Origin: a virus
Length of the DNA: 64,000 bases
IMG/VR virus record: IMGVR_UViG_3300029555_000004
Strand: one strand, 5' to 3'
Numbering within the stretch: the stretch's first letter is position 1; each line of letters begins with the position of its first letter. A model generated the notes under the pieces. The model made no database searches. It was not told where the DNA came from and was given only the letters and a program-made list of their open reading frames with translations. Shown one piece after another: positions 1-8,698 of this stretch. The position numbers and the translations under genes were made by a program.

Positions 1-54
1 AAACCGCTTGCACGCCGTGAACGTGCCGCCGGTCTGGAAACCGGGAAGCGGTAA
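1..54 (+). CDS. 3' end of an unidentified gene (partial, runs off the window)
   Basis: Frame 1 is open from the window edge and ends ...AAGLETGKR then TAA at 52-54. It is GC-rich, unlike the AT-rich DNA that follows. Confidence 0.3.
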   Translation, partial: KPLARRERAAGLETGKR

Positions 55-72
55 AAAATCAATCAGTTATAC

Positions 73-207
73 CTAAATATTCCATAGTTTTTTATCAATC
101 TCTTTCCCAGTAATAGTCGGGGAATAAATACTTTCTAAAAATTCTATGTAATTGTCTAGCTCATCAACAGAAAGTGTTATTAATTTATTAAATATTTTAT
201 CACTCAT
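73..207 (-). CDS. small hypothetical protein (44 aa)
   Basis: Hand-translated minus-strand ORF MSDKIFNKLITLSVDELDNYIEFLES... Only a weak purine-rich RBS. Below the ORF-track length cutoff. Confidence 0.3.
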   Translation of the reverse strand: MSDKIFNKLITLSVDELDNYIEFLESIYSPTITGKEIDKKLWNI

Positions 208-263
208 GTTTTTATCTTTCTTCCCTTCACCCTGGGCGCCAGGATATAAAAAGACGCGCCCTA

Positions 264-641
264 TTATTTAAAAGTCATTTTTGTAACAGCTGGAAGACTG
301 CGGAAAAATTCCCGGCGGTCGTAATCATCTTTAATATTAAATTGTCTGTCGCTTGTGGGGATGATCTCATCCTCGATAAGCTCCATACAGGACAGTTGTA
401 AGCAGTTCTCTTTTTTCGTTGATCTGTGCAGTGCATACCGCATTATAGACTTTTTACCATCCCGGCGCTTTACCGAGGGCATATCCCAGTAAGCTAATTT
501 AATAACGCCGCCAGCAACAGACACAAAAATTTCTATTGCTTCTTTTCTGGCTTTTTCTTCGATTATATCAACTGTGGAAAAGTCGCCGCTTTTTATGGCG
601 GCGATTGTCTGCGCTTGAGTAGCTTTTTTAATTGTTATCAT
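264..641 (-). CDS. hypothetical protein
   Basis: ORF track 264..656. Start moved to Met6 (ATG ending at 641), which has GGAGGG upstream. No recognisable motif. Confidence 0.5.
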   Translation of the reverse strand: MITIKKATQAQTIAAIKSGDFSTVDIIEEKARKEAIEIFVSVAGGVIKLAYWDMPSVKRRDGKKSIMRYALHRSTKKENCLQLSCMELIEDEIIPTSDRQFNIKDDYDRREFFRSLPAVTKMTFK

Positions 642-689
642 TTTACAACCCTCCAATATTTAGAAAAAACAGGCGGGAAACCCCGCCCT

Positions 690-1058
690 TTAAAAATGAA
701 CTTGTAAAAGTGTTTTCTTGCCTTCTGAAATTTTTTCTCTTAGTGGCTTATCATCATCCTTGATAAATAACATAAAATCATTAAGCGGCAAGTGATCTAA
801 TATATAACTATATTGCTTAATATCTGGCAGAGTAGAAAAATAGTTTTCCCATTTCTGGCGCTGATCTTCTGCCGCGCTTTCAATTTTTTTCTTGCTTTCT
901 TCTGGGATATAATCGCCCAAAACATAATATTGAACGTTTCCAGTTTCGGAAATATGGGCGATATATTTATAATCGCCGTGCTCAGTAACAGCAGAATTAA
1001 ACACGGAAATTCCGTTACCGAGACAACACATAAATAATTCAAATTTTTTTGCTTTCAT
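690..1058 (-). CDS. hypothetical protein
   Basis: ORF track. AAGGAGG RBS 7 nt before the ATG. A GC hairpin (GGCGGG..CCCGCC, 671-688) lies just after the stop. Confidence 0.55.
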   Translation of the reverse strand: MKAKKFELFMCCLGNGISVFNSAVTEHGDYKYIAHISETGNVQYYVLGDYIPEESKKKIESAAEDQRQKWENYFSTLPDIKQYSYILDHLPLNDFMLFIKDDDKPLREKISEGKKTLLQVHF

Positions 1059-1111
1059 GTTTAAGCCTCCTTTGCTTAAAAACTGGCGGCATTAAAACCG
1101 CCAGTCGAAAT

Positions 1112-1477
1112 TTAATTACATTTGAAACAAGAACGAATACAAGCGGCGGCTTGTGCAAGTGCCCTTGCTTGAACGTCTAACCATTCTTCACGGCTGTTTG
1201 GCTTAAGTTCTCCGTATTTTTTTCTTTTAAGCTCTGAAGGAGAGCAAAGAAGCTCTGCAATGTCACAATCATAGATGAGAGCACAGCCACCCCAGCTATA
1301 TTGATTCCAGTTTTCTGCACCATTTAATAACAGTGCTTTCAATTCTTCCCAAGTTTCCGGTAGTTCGTCAATTTCTAAACCGTCCACTAAGTCTACAGCG
1401 TAATTCTTAACGCCTTTTTTCCATGCTGAATTTGCCTTTACATTCTCGATTTTCTCCATAAGTTCTTTTTTCATCAT
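1112..1477 (-). CDS. hypothetical protein
   Basis: ORF track. A hairpin TGGCGG..CCGCCA (1083-1104) lies after the stop. No recognisable motif. Confidence 0.55.
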   Translation of the reverse strand: MMKKELMEKIENVKANSAWKKGVKNYAVDLVDGLEIDELPETWEELKALLLNGAENWNQYSWGGCALIYDCDIAELLCSPSELKRKKYGELKPNSREEWLDVQARALAQAAACIRSCFKCN

Positions 1478-1691
1478 TGCTTTTTACCTTCGCCCCTGTT
1501 ATAATGGGGTTGCCTTTCTTTTTTAGTTTGGTGCTGGCTGTTTGTCTTGGTAGGATGCAGCCAGCTTTTTTATTTTGTTTAGGAACTAGAATTTTTCAAT
1601 TAATCGGATTCGGTTCCTTATGTCCTCATTGGCTTGAGTGGTTCGGGCGGTTCCGGTTGTTTGTCTCTTGTGTTCCTTTGTTGATGGTTAT

Positions 1692-1720
1692 ATAATATCA
1701 CTAATTTTAGGGAAAGTCAA
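1692..1720 (-). promoter_or_regulatory. sigma-70-like promoter for the leftward genes
   Basis: On the minus strand: TTGACT (1715-1720), 17-nt spacer, TATTAT (1692-1697). Confidence 0.5.
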
Positions 1721-1728
1721 TACATAAA

Positions 1729-1744
1729 TCACAAAAATAAGTGA
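1729..1744. promoter_or_regulatory. operator copy 1 (TCACAAAAATAAGTGA)
   Basis: 16-bp element with inverted TCAC/GTGA ends. It lies between the divergent -35 boxes. One of three near-identical copies. Confidence 0.55.
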
Positions 1745-1753
1745 AAATTTTTC

Positions 1754-1782
1754 TTGACATTTAGATCGCAAAAAGTTACATT
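1754..1782 (+). promoter_or_regulatory. sigma-70-like promoter for the HTH gene
   Basis: TTGACA (1754-1759), 17-nt spacer, TACATT (1777-1782). Confidence 0.5.
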
Positions 1783-1813
1783 ATATATAGAAATAAAACA
1801 GGAGGAAAGAAAA

Positions 1814-2065
1814 ATGCTAGAGTATAAAATCGATGTAATAAAAGAACTTTCAAATATTGGTATAAATACAACAGTTGCAAAAAATACCGGGATTTTTGGA
1901 CAGGCTACAATGAAAAAATTTAGGGATAGAGATACTAATATATCTCTTGATAACCTTAATCGGCTTTGCGCAGTTCTGGAGATGCAGCCAAGAGACATTT
2001 TGAAATATGTAGAAACAGAAAAAGATAGATCAGATTATATAAATATAATTCACAAAAAAGAGTGA
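1814..2065 (+). CDS. XRE/Cro-type helix-turn-helix regulator (83 aa)
   Basis: ORF track 1754..2065. Start moved to Met21 (ATG 1814) behind AGGAGGAAAG. The segment ...NISLDNLNRLCAVLEMQPRDIL... is typical of short HTH_XRE-like proteins. Confidence 0.6.
   Translation: MLEYKIDVIKELSNIGINTTVAKNTGIFGQATMKKFRDRDTNISLDNLNRLCAVLEMQPRDILKYVETEKDRSDYINIIHKKE
2050..2065. promoter_or_regulatory. operator copy 2 (TCACAAAAAAGAGTGA)
   Basis: Same 16-bp motif as 1729-1744. It overlaps the last codons and stop of the HTH gene. Confidence 0.5.
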
Positions 2066-2073
2066 TAAATACA

Positions 2074-2103
2074 TTGACAAATCACAAAATATAGTGATAT
2101 AAT
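2074..2103 (+). promoter_or_regulatory. strong extended -10 promoter
   Basis: TTGACA (2074-2079), 18-nt spacer, TG-a-TATAAT (2095-2103). Confidence 0.6.
2082..2097. promoter_or_regulatory. operator copy 3 (TCACAAAATATAGTGA)
   Basis: Same 16-bp motif, sitting in the spacer of the 2074-2103 promoter. Confidence 0.55.
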
Positions 2104-2162
2104 AAAGACAGTTAAAGAAGAACAGCACAGCCCCAGACAGGGACAGATCAGGAGGGAAGAAA

Positions 2163-2378
2163 ATGACTGGTGAAGAAAGAATTAAACAATTAGTCGAAAA
2201 AGGATGGAAAGTAGTAAAGGATGAAACCACATGGTGTCGTTACGTGGAACTTGAAAATGAAGTTGCAAGAAAAAGCCGCGATCCGTTTGGAAATTCTACT
2301 GGCGAAGACTGGATGCAGACTATACACAGGCAGGTTACAATTTACAATGGTGGCGATTGGGAAGAAACAAGAGGATAA
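2163..2378 (+). CDS. hypothetical protein
   Basis: ORF track. CAGGAGGGAAG RBS. Confidence 0.55.
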   Translation: MTGEERIKQLVEKGWKVVKDETTWCRYVELENEVARKSRDPFGNSTGEDWMQTIHRQVTIYNGGDWEETRG

Positions 2379-2393
2379 AAGGAGGAAAAGAAC

Positions 2394-2681
2394 ATGGAAA
2401 TTAAAATTTATTGCAATTACGGAGTCTTAGGAGCGGAGAAAAGGAAGAAATACACTTTCGGCGGTCCAGATAGCACGGCAGACTGCTTTGATGAACTGAT
2501 GGTAGAAATACCAGAAGGATGGGAGCCGTTTAAAAATACCATGGGAAAATTAATGGTAAAAGCTCCATGGGGCTGGGACTACGAAATAAACGAAGTTTTA
2601 CAGGGGGACAAAAATCCTTGCTTTTACGCATTAGACAAGAATATGGATGGACATAGAAAATATTTAAAAATTATAGGATAA
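2394..2681 (+). CDS. hypothetical protein
   Basis: ORF track. AAAGGAGGAAAAG RBS. Confidence 0.6.
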   Translation: MEIKIYCNYGVLGAEKRKKYTFGGPDSTADCFDELMVEIPEGWEPFKNTMGKLMVKAPWGWDYEINEVLQGDKNPCFYALDKNMDGHRKYLKIIG

Positions 2682-2707
2682 TCAAACTTTCAGGAGGATA
2701 AAAAAAT

Positions 2708-3019
2708 ATGAAAAAAATATATTATCACGAGATTACAATGTCCCAGAGTTACAATGAGGGGACAAAAGAACCGATTTACGAAGTATGCAAAGAACAATTT
2801 CAATGTGAATACTCGGAAGAATGGACAGAAGACGACGAAGACCCTATAAAAGATTATGTGGAAAATATGATTGAAAATTCTTCTGACGAGAGTTTCAAAG
2901 AAAACGGTTATTCTTGGGATGAAAACGCAGCTATCAATTTCTCAACAGTTACATTTTCGGGAGCAAGCCATATTTTATTTAAGAATGGGGAACCAATAGA
3001 ATTGTATTACGTAGAATGA
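2708..3019 (+). CDS. hypothetical acidic protein
   Basis: ORF track. CAGGAGGA RBS. Asp/Glu-rich. Confidence 0.6.
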   Translation: MKKIYYHEITMSQSYNEGTKEPIYEVCKEQFQCEYSEEWTEDDEDPIKDYVENMIENSSDESFKENGYSWDENAAINFSTVTFSGASHILFKNGEPIELYYVE

Positions 3020-3134
3020 AAAAAGGACAACTTTTTTGGTTGTCCAATCTCCATTAAATAATAAATATTTTTCAATTCACACCTAAATTTTAGGTATAAT
3101 AAATATAGCATATAAAAATATAGTTGTCAATAAG

Positions 3135-3166
3135 AAAAAGCCCTGGGATAATTCCTAGGGCTTTTA
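3135..3166 (+). terminator. intrinsic terminator (A-tract / hairpin / T-tract, possibly bidirectional)
   Basis: GCCCTGGG-ATAATT-CCTAGGGC, an 8-bp stem flanked by AAAAA and TTTT. Confidence 0.55.
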
Positions 3167-3730
3167 AAATGCTTATTTGTGGCGGTGCAACGACAATCGA
3201 GGGGTTAACAGCCCCACCGCCAAAGCTGTTAAAATATTAATAGCACAGGTTTTAAATTTTTGTCAAGAAAAATATTTTTTTATTTTTAGTCTTGACTTTC
3301 TGAAAAACTTACAGTAACGTTATTACCAACGATGGTCGCGGGAACTCATGGAGGGGTGGTTATTGTGAAATCGTTTGCACCTGAACAGAATAAAGTAGCA
3401 GTTAACAAGCCAGATCAGCCAGGTATTGAAGCTCGGTAAGGTCTGGCTTTTATTATGTTTAAATATATTATATATAATATATCTTTTACCCCTCCATAGA
3501 TTCTTAAGACTAGAGTTTATTAAAAGATATGCTATACAGTACCGTATAATAATATATATAATATAAATATAAATGAAGATTATAATATAATACCCCAATT
3601 ATTATTTATTAATTATTAACAAAATAAAGGGTTTTATTTTATGCAAAATTAAATTTGACAAGATATTAAAAACTGTGTTAAGGTATCAGCAACAAAGAAA
3701 ACAGAATATTTTATTTAAGTTTTAAGTTTT

Positions 3731-3800
3731 AGAGAATGTACCCGAACACCCGGAAGTTTTCCGGGAATAAGCTTTACCTGGTGACATTCTCTTTTTTTAT
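3731..3800 (+). terminator. long compound hairpin plus T-run upstream of the TerS-like gene
   Basis: Outer stem AGAGAATGT (3731-3739) pairs with ACATTCTCT (3784-3792). It encloses the hairpin CCCGG..CCGGG (3749-3765) and is followed by TTTTTTATTT. Confidence 0.5.
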
Positions 3801-3833
3801 TTACAAATTAACGTGTTAAAGCGAGGTGATAAC

Positions 3834-4424
3834 ATGAAAGATAATACGGTAAATATACAAGACGTAGATATCTATTTAGATAATATTAATATATATGCTG
3901 ATGAATATATAAATACTGTATTATGTATATCACCAGATAACGAAAACTATAAGAAAGAAGTATCAGATAGCTTTGTAGATATGATTTTTTATATTGCAGA
4001 TCATATACAAAAGCCAAGTAATGACAATATAGAGCTATTAGATAAAATGTTTAATACTTATGTGAGATTATGCAGTAAATATCATGTATTACCAACCCTA
4101 GAAGTATTTAGCTTTTTAGTTGGGATTAATCGTACAACGTTTACTGACTGGATGAATGGAGTGTATAGAACAAACTCGTCACATGGTGACACGGCTAAAA
4201 AATGGTTTGATATTTGCAAAAACTGCGCAATCAATAGATTACATAATCAGACCGGAACAAATGCGAATTTGATATTTGTTGCAAAAGCCGCCTATGGCAT
4301 GGCAGAAACTGCACCAGTACAAGCCGCGCAGCAATACGGAGTACCCCAGCAGACAGCCCAGCAGATCGCGGAGAAGCACAAAGCAGCACTGGAGCTTCCA
4401 GAAATGGAAAAACCGGAACTATAA
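3834..4424 (+). CDS. putative terminase small subunit-like DNA-binding protein
   Basis: ORF track 3813..4424. Start moved to ATG 3834 behind GAGGTG. The HTH-like INRTTFTDWMNG and the NANLIFVAKAAYGMAE segment recall the ..IF.LKN..G.. motif of TerS families. This is a motif-level call only. Confidence 0.4.
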   Translation: MKDNTVNIQDVDIYLDNINIYADEYINTVLCISPDNENYKKEVSDSFVDMIFYIADHIQKPSNDNIELLDKMFNTYVRLCSKYHVLPTLEVFSFLVGINRTTFTDWMNGVYRTNSSHGDTAKKWFDICKNCAINRLHNQTGTNANLIFVAKAAYGMAETAPVQAAQQYGVPQQTAQQIAEKHKAALELPEMEKPEL

Positions 4425-4891
4425 CAGTAAAAACACTATATGTTGTGATTACGAGAAAACGGATTCTATATCTAGCAATACGCAATGTGCAAATAGGGTA
4501 CACCCTAAAAAGACATTCTATAAAACACTGTTTTTTGTGCAATATGACAATAGATTTTGCATAGCATTTCCTTGACCACCGCCGAAGACTTACGATAAAC
4601 AGCGACCGGGCAAGGGCAGCGGTTCCCATTGGGCGGTGGGCTGACTTGCCAGCGTCCGTACTGGATGACCGGGAGGGGGTATATATAAACCTCCGGTCAG
4701 CGGTAGTTACCACCGAAACCGCCCGAAAAAACAAAAAAGCTCTCCTTAACATGGCAGGGATAGTGATTCGAACACGACAAGCAGTAAGCCTTAACTGTTT
4801 CTCTGACATACTAAAAACAAGGTAATACACAGAAAGGCAGGAAAAGAAGCATTTAGACTGTTGCTTCAATGGCAGGGACTAATTAGGGCAT

Positions 4892-4917
4892 AAAAAAAGA
4901 GAACCATTACGGTTCCC
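4892..4917 (-). terminator. weak intrinsic terminator of the leftward HTH gene
   Basis: The minus strand reads GGGAACC-GTAAT-GGTTCTC followed by TTTTTTT. It overlaps the stop codon. Confidence 0.4.
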
Positions 4918-5140
4918 TTCTGATATCGTCAGTTGTTAATTTAATCAAGACATCTGGTTTGGGTTCGATTATAAGTTGACATTCCAGGAAGTCAAGAATC
5001 TGAATTAACTCATCTGCGGATATACTTCCTCTTGAAAATTTGTTTGCAAGAGATTGTGGAAGCATATCTAAATGGTTAGCTAATTGAACACTAGTAATTT
5101 TCTTCATTTTCATAATTTGTTTTATTTTATCCGAAACCAT
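4907..5140 (-). CDS. XRE-family helix-turn-helix protein (77 aa)
   Basis: ORF track 4907..5173. Start moved to Met12 behind GGAGGTG. KITSVQLANHLDMLPQSLANKFSRG is an HTH_3-like segment. Confidence 0.65.
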   Translation of the reverse strand: MVSDKIKQIMKMKKITSVQLANHLDMLPQSLANKFSRGSISADELIQILDFLECQLIIEPKPDVLIKLTTDDIRREP

Positions 5141-5221
5141 ATAATCACCTCCTATTAATGTAATCATAATCAAAACCGTTTAAATAGTCAATAAAAATAT
5201 TCATAAATGAGTATAAAACAC

Positions 5222-5250
5222 TTGAAATAATACTCGAGTACGTGTATAAT
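5222..5250 (+). promoter_or_regulatory. sigma-70-like promoter of the recombinase operon
   Basis: TTGAAA (5222-5227), 17-nt spacer, TATAAT (5245-5250). Confidence 0.6.
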
Positions 5251-5280
5251 TGACTTATAAATAAACGGGAGGGATTATGT

Positions 5281-5871
5281 ATGAAAATAGGTTACGTGAG
5301 GGTATCAACAATAGAGCAGAATGAAGCGAGACAGATTGAAGCAATGAAAGCAGATGGTGTTGAAAAAATTTATATGGATAAAAAATCTGGGAAAGACTTC
5401 AATCGTCCAGAGTACCAGAGAATGATTTCAGAACTAACTAAAGACGATATACTGATAATCCATTCAATTGACCGTCTTGGAAGAAACTACAATGAAATTG
5501 TTGAACAGTGGAGATGTATCACAAAAGAAATTGGAGCCGATATTATCGTACAGGACATGCCACTTCTTAACACATGCCAGGATAAAGACTTAACAGGAAC
5601 CTTAATTACAGACATTGTATTGCAGCTTTTTTCATATGTAGCCCAAAGAGAGAGAGAAAACACTCGGCAGCGTCAAAAAGAAGGTATTGAAATAGCAAAA
5701 ACGCAAGGCAAATATAAAGGCCGCGCCAAAAAAGAGATAGATAAGGAACTTTTTAAAGAAACTAAACGTAGCTGGCAAAGAGGGGAAATAACAAAAGTAC
5801 AATTTGCCGAGATTATGGGAGTTTCAAGAAGCACGCTATATAAACTTTTAGAGGGGGATAAAGATGATTGA
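5281..5871 (+). CDS. small serine recombinase (resolvase/invertase family)
   Basis: N-terminal MKIGYVRVSTIEQN carries the catalytic Ser. Also has the ..DRLGRN.. motif and a C-terminal HTH (FAEIMGVSRSTLYKLL). 196 aa is resolvase/invertase size, not large-serine-integrase size. Confidence 0.85.
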   Translation: MKIGYVRVSTIEQNEARQIEAMKADGVEKIYMDKKSGKDFNRPEYQRMISELTKDDILIIHSIDRLGRNYNEIVEQWRCITKEIGADIIVQDMPLLNTCQDKDLTGTLITDIVLQLFSYVAQRERENTRQRQKEGIEIAKTQGKYKGRAKKEIDKELFKETKRSWQRGEITKVQFAEIMGVSRSTLYKLLEGDKDD

Positions 5872-6331
5872 TTTTACAAACAAGTGTATTGTTACAGAAA
5901 ATAACGTTGAATCAGAACAGCTGCTTAAAAAAGCAATAGCTCAAGGGTTCAACTTGCCAAAAGGCCAAAAAGCAATGGAATCGAATAGATATTTTCATTT
6001 TATTGGAAGTCCATATAAACATGTTGTGGCTTCTTGCGGAGTAAGTTTGAACGACCCCAACAAGGCGGTTAGATATTCGGAGTTGTTTGGTGATGAGCAA
6101 GAAGAGCTAAGAAAAATTGTTGATTCAGCTGCAAGATGGTGCCGGGCATACGGATATGAACATTTGAATGTATATGCAAACGAAGAGATTGAAAGTTATA
6201 CTGGAAAGGCAATCGCAAAGACAACAGACAATATCATACAGCGTGTTGATGTTGAAATAAAGAAACCACGCAAACTGACTGTTTCAGAGTTGGAAGCTTA
6301 CTTAGGATATCCAATTGAAATTGTAAGCTGA
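5864..6331 (+). CDS. hypothetical protein
   Basis: ORF track. Overlaps the recombinase stop. GAGGGGGA RBS. Confidence 0.55.
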   Translation: MIDFTNKCIVTENNVESEQLLKKAIAQGFNLPKGQKAMESNRYFHFIGSPYKHVVASCGVSLNDPNKAVRYSELFGDEQEELRKIVDSAARWCRAYGYEHLNVYANEEIESYTGKAIAKTTDNIIQRVDVEIKKPRKLTVSELEAYLGYPIEIVS

Positions 6332-6336
6332 GGTAA

Positions 6337-6498
6337 ATGCTCATGAAAACAAACCCACAATCCGAATCCATCCGCATCCGATTTTCCGAAAAACAGAAAA
6401 AAAGGCTCCTGGAAGAGAAGAACCGGACGGACAGGAGCGTATCGGATATTGTAAGACAAGCAGTTGATGAATATTTCGGGAGGAAAAGACGTGCTTAA
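6337..6498 (+). CDS. ribbon-helix-helix (CopG/Arc-like) protein, 53 aa
   Basis: Hand-translated: MLMKTNPQSESIRIRFSEKQKKRLLEEKNRTDRSVSDIVRQAVDEYFGRKRRA. Strand-helix-helix pattern. GAGG RBS. Confidence 0.5.
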   Translation: MLMKTNPQSESIRIRFSEKQKKRLLEEKNRTDRSVSDIVRQAVDEYFGRKRRA

Positions 6499-6892
6499 AT
6501 TTTTCTCAAAAAACAAAAAAGGCGTTTCCGAAACAAACCAAGCATATGAAAATGTTGAACAGGAATCCCCGGCAATTCGGAAACTCGTAAAGCCAATTCA
6601 CGCAAAAGCAATATTAACTGATGGAAGATTGTATGATACTCAAACTGCTACATACGTTTGTGAATATGGGAATCTTTCTTTGTTTGTTACAAAGAATGGT
6701 AGATGGTTTGGCGCAAAATCAAAATCTGAATTAGCTGGTTATAGTGTTGATGAAAACGGAGACAGAACCGCCGAGTACAGATTGACGTATTATGGTCTGG
6801 AATGTATTGATAAAATTTTTGTGATGCAACATCTGTGGTATTGCAGCCATAAGCTTTACAAGAAATATTTCGGGGAGGTAGAAGAGGGATGA
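6491..6892 (+). CDS. hypothetical protein
   Basis: ORF track 6464..6892. A GTG at 6491 behind GGGAGG is the likelier start. Confidence 0.5.
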   Translation: MLKFFSKNKKGVSETNQAYENVEQESPAIRKLVKPIHAKAILTDGRLYDTQTATYVCEYGNLSLFVTKNGRWFGAKSKSELAGYSVDENGDRTAEYRLTYYGLECIDKIFVMQHLWYCSHKLYKKYFGEVEEG

Positions 6893-7254
6893 AAGATTAC
6901 AATACTCGCAACAACGAAGAAAATTTCCCAGATGGGACAGTTAAGGCGCAAGACGGGAAGTTCTTTTTAATGGTGAATGGAAAATGGGAACAGGTGATTG
7001 GTTCAGAAGGCAAAAATCTTTTGCAATCTCCTACAGATGTAGCTCCCATGATTATTAACGCGACTATAACATATGAGCCGCCAAAGCCATTTTCACCATT
7101 ATCCCCATTATTGAAACGTGAGCCACGTGTAGTTCCAAGATACAGCATATATGAGCTTGAAGAAATCGCAAAACACATTCTTTTGTATTGTAAATTTCGA
7201 AGGAGGGGATGCGAAGATGCCGATAGTGAAAATCACAAACCCCACCCCCTATGA
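6889..7254 (+). CDS. hypothetical protein
   Basis: ORF track. GGGGAGG RBS. Confidence 0.5.
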   Translation: MKDYNTRNNEENFPDGTVKAQDGKFFLMVNGKWEQVIGSEGKNLLQSPTDVAPMIINATITYEPPKPFSPLSPLLKREPRVVPRYSIYELEEIAKHILLYCKFRRRGCEDADSENHKPHPL

Positions 7255-7615
7255 TTGGCTCGGCACAAAATATTTCATTGATGGAAATGAAGTTCCGAGA
7301 GTAAGATCAATAAATTTTCATACCGCAGTAGATGAAATTCCAGTATTTGATTTTGAAATGATGGCTGTTCCAGACATTGAAATGGAATGCTTGGCACAAA
7401 TTAGTGTCACTTCTCAATCAATTACTGATGCAATTTTAGTTTTAAGGCACGAACTGTTACAACATGGAGAAATTTACAATGGCTTCAAATCAAGCCTAAA
7501 ATCGGCTTTAGAATCCTACAATTACTGCGGAATGCCATTTGAGCCAGAGGAAGAAATTGCAGAAAAAATTCTGGATTTCTTAATTGGGGAGGAAAAAGAA
7601 AATGAATTCACTTAA
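7217..7615 (+). CDS. hypothetical protein
   Basis: ORF track 7151..7615. Start moved to ATG 7217 behind AGGAGGGG. Confidence 0.55.
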   Translation: MPIVKITNPTPYDWLGTKYFIDGNEVPRVRSINFHTAVDEIPVFDFEMMAVPDIEMECLAQISVTSQSITDAILVLRHELLQHGEIYNGFKSSLKSALESYNYCGMPFEPEEEIAEKILDFLIGEEKENEFT

Positions 7616-7772
7616 TGTTGTTGGAGTTGCATTAAACCTCATGCTTTTTGTAATCGTTGCCACAGGTGTACTGGCAATGCTTGATGAAAGAAAAATTAAT
7701 TGCTTGCAAGCTCTGTTTTATTTTCTAATGGAAGCCCTGTTTGTACTGAATATTTTTTTGATTACGAGGTGA
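7602..7772 (+). CDS. small membrane protein (two hydrophobic segments)
   Basis: ORF track 7584..7772. Start moved to ATG 7602 behind GGGGAGG. Confidence 0.5.
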   Translation: MNSLNVVGVALNLMLFVIVATGVLAMLDERKINCLQALFYFLMEALFVLNIFLITR

Positions 7773-7775
7773 CAA

Positions 7776-7913
7776 ATGTATTTACCAATTCCAATTGGAA
7801 TTATCCCGATTGAGTTAATCGAAAGGGTTAAATTCATAAAAGCACCACTTCGACTTAATCCATGTAGGCTCGGGAAAGCCTACGAAAGCGATAAGTCGAG
7901 GCATCCAGAGTAG
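7776..7913 (+). CDS. possible small ORF (45 aa)
   Basis: ATG 7776 lies 5 nt after GAGGTG. The ORF overlaps hairpin-rich sequence, so coding status is uncertain. Confidence 0.25.
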   Translation: MYLPIPIGIIPIELIERVKFIKAPLRLNPCRLGKAYESDKSRHPE

Positions 7914-7991
7914 CGAATAACAATCTTTATAGGATAAAAGTGCTGGACTTTATATATCACACCCCTGGATTAATGGTGCGCCAGGGGGTAA

Positions 7992-8063
7992 TGGGCTATC
8001 GCCAAGTGGTAAGGCCGTGGAATTTGACTCCACAATTCGTTGGTTCAAATCCAACTAGCCCAG
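7992..8063 (+). tRNA. tRNA-Gln (anticodon TTG)
   Basis: Hand-folded cloverleaf: acceptor TGGGCTA/TAGCCCA, D arm GCC..GGC, anticodon arm GTGGA-ATTTGAC-TCCAC, T arm GTTGG-TTCAAAT-CCAAC. Confidence 0.85.
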
Positions 8064-8276
8064 TTTGCAGTATTTAATATGCTGTAAAGGATTTTAAGCT
8101 TTCATAAGAAACACCTATAGCCTTCTAGCCTAGATGGGGCTGATTAAAGGGACTTCAAATATCCCGGAAGGCGTATCTGAAGTATCAGGAGTATTTCAGA
8201 AAACCTTTGTTATAGTTGGTGGTTAAGAACTGTAACAGTGCCAGTTTGGTTACCAGTATTGCCAACTGGTATCTCA

Positions 8277-8349
8277 GGAAGCTTAGTTCAGCGGTAAGAG
8301 CAACGGCCTCATAAGCCGTAAGTCCTGGGTTCGAATCCCAGAGCTTCCA
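8277..8349 (+). tRNA. tRNA with CAT anticodon (elongator Met or Ile2)
   Basis: Acceptor GGAAGCT/AGCTTCC, D arm GTTC..GAGC, anticodon arm ACGGC-CTCATAA-GCCGT, T arm CTGGG-TTCGAAT-CCCAG. Confidence 0.85.
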
Positions 8350-8698
8350 TTTCTTCTAAATGCCATTCATCCGTAATATGGGTGGAAAAAACTTCCAGTT
8401 GAGCGTGTGGATCAGGTAAATTATAGGTGCGATACGGCGCAGCCTAAATGGATCTGGTTTCCAAGCTGGAATGCATCTTGGAGTTAAAGAAATCAGCGCA
8501 GCGCACGCTGATTAAAGGAGTTTTCAAAAGATGCGAACCATAAGCCATTAAAGTTGTGCATAAAAATACTCGTGGAGCATACCACGGTTATCAAAAAGCC
8601 GCCAGGGTTGCCAGTAAGCGTACCGCAAATAAAGAAAACTGGATAGTGGAAAGCATAACACGATAAACCTATTGCTAACCCGGTTTTTCCGGGTTATT

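Noticed and set aside
1477-1695. 72-aa plus-strand ORF in the leader of the leftward operon.
   Set aside because: It has no RBS and a hydrophobic, low-complexity translation. The region instead contains hairpins (GCTGGCTG..CAGCCAGC, CCCC..GGGG) and the leftward promoter.
3323-3598. 91-aa minus-strand ORF (IIIFIYIYIIYIIIRY...).
   Set aside because: It lies in an extremely AT-rich, TA-repeat-like intergenic stretch. The Ile/Tyr-rich translation is a composition artefact.
4231-4869. 212-aa minus-strand ORF spanning the TerS-like 3' end and the GC-rich element.
   Set aside because: The translation is Arg/Cys/Ser-rich and low in information. There is no RBS. It is antisense to a well-supported gene, so it is most likely a by-product of the GC-rich structured region.
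5281-5871. The serine recombinase as the prophage integrase, with the window ends as att junctions.
   Set aside because: At 196 aa with a simple C-terminal HTH it is resolvase/invertase-sized, not a large serine integrase. No tyrosine integrase or att-like direct repeats were found. The GC-rich first 54 nt may be host or phage DNA and cannot be decided from this window.
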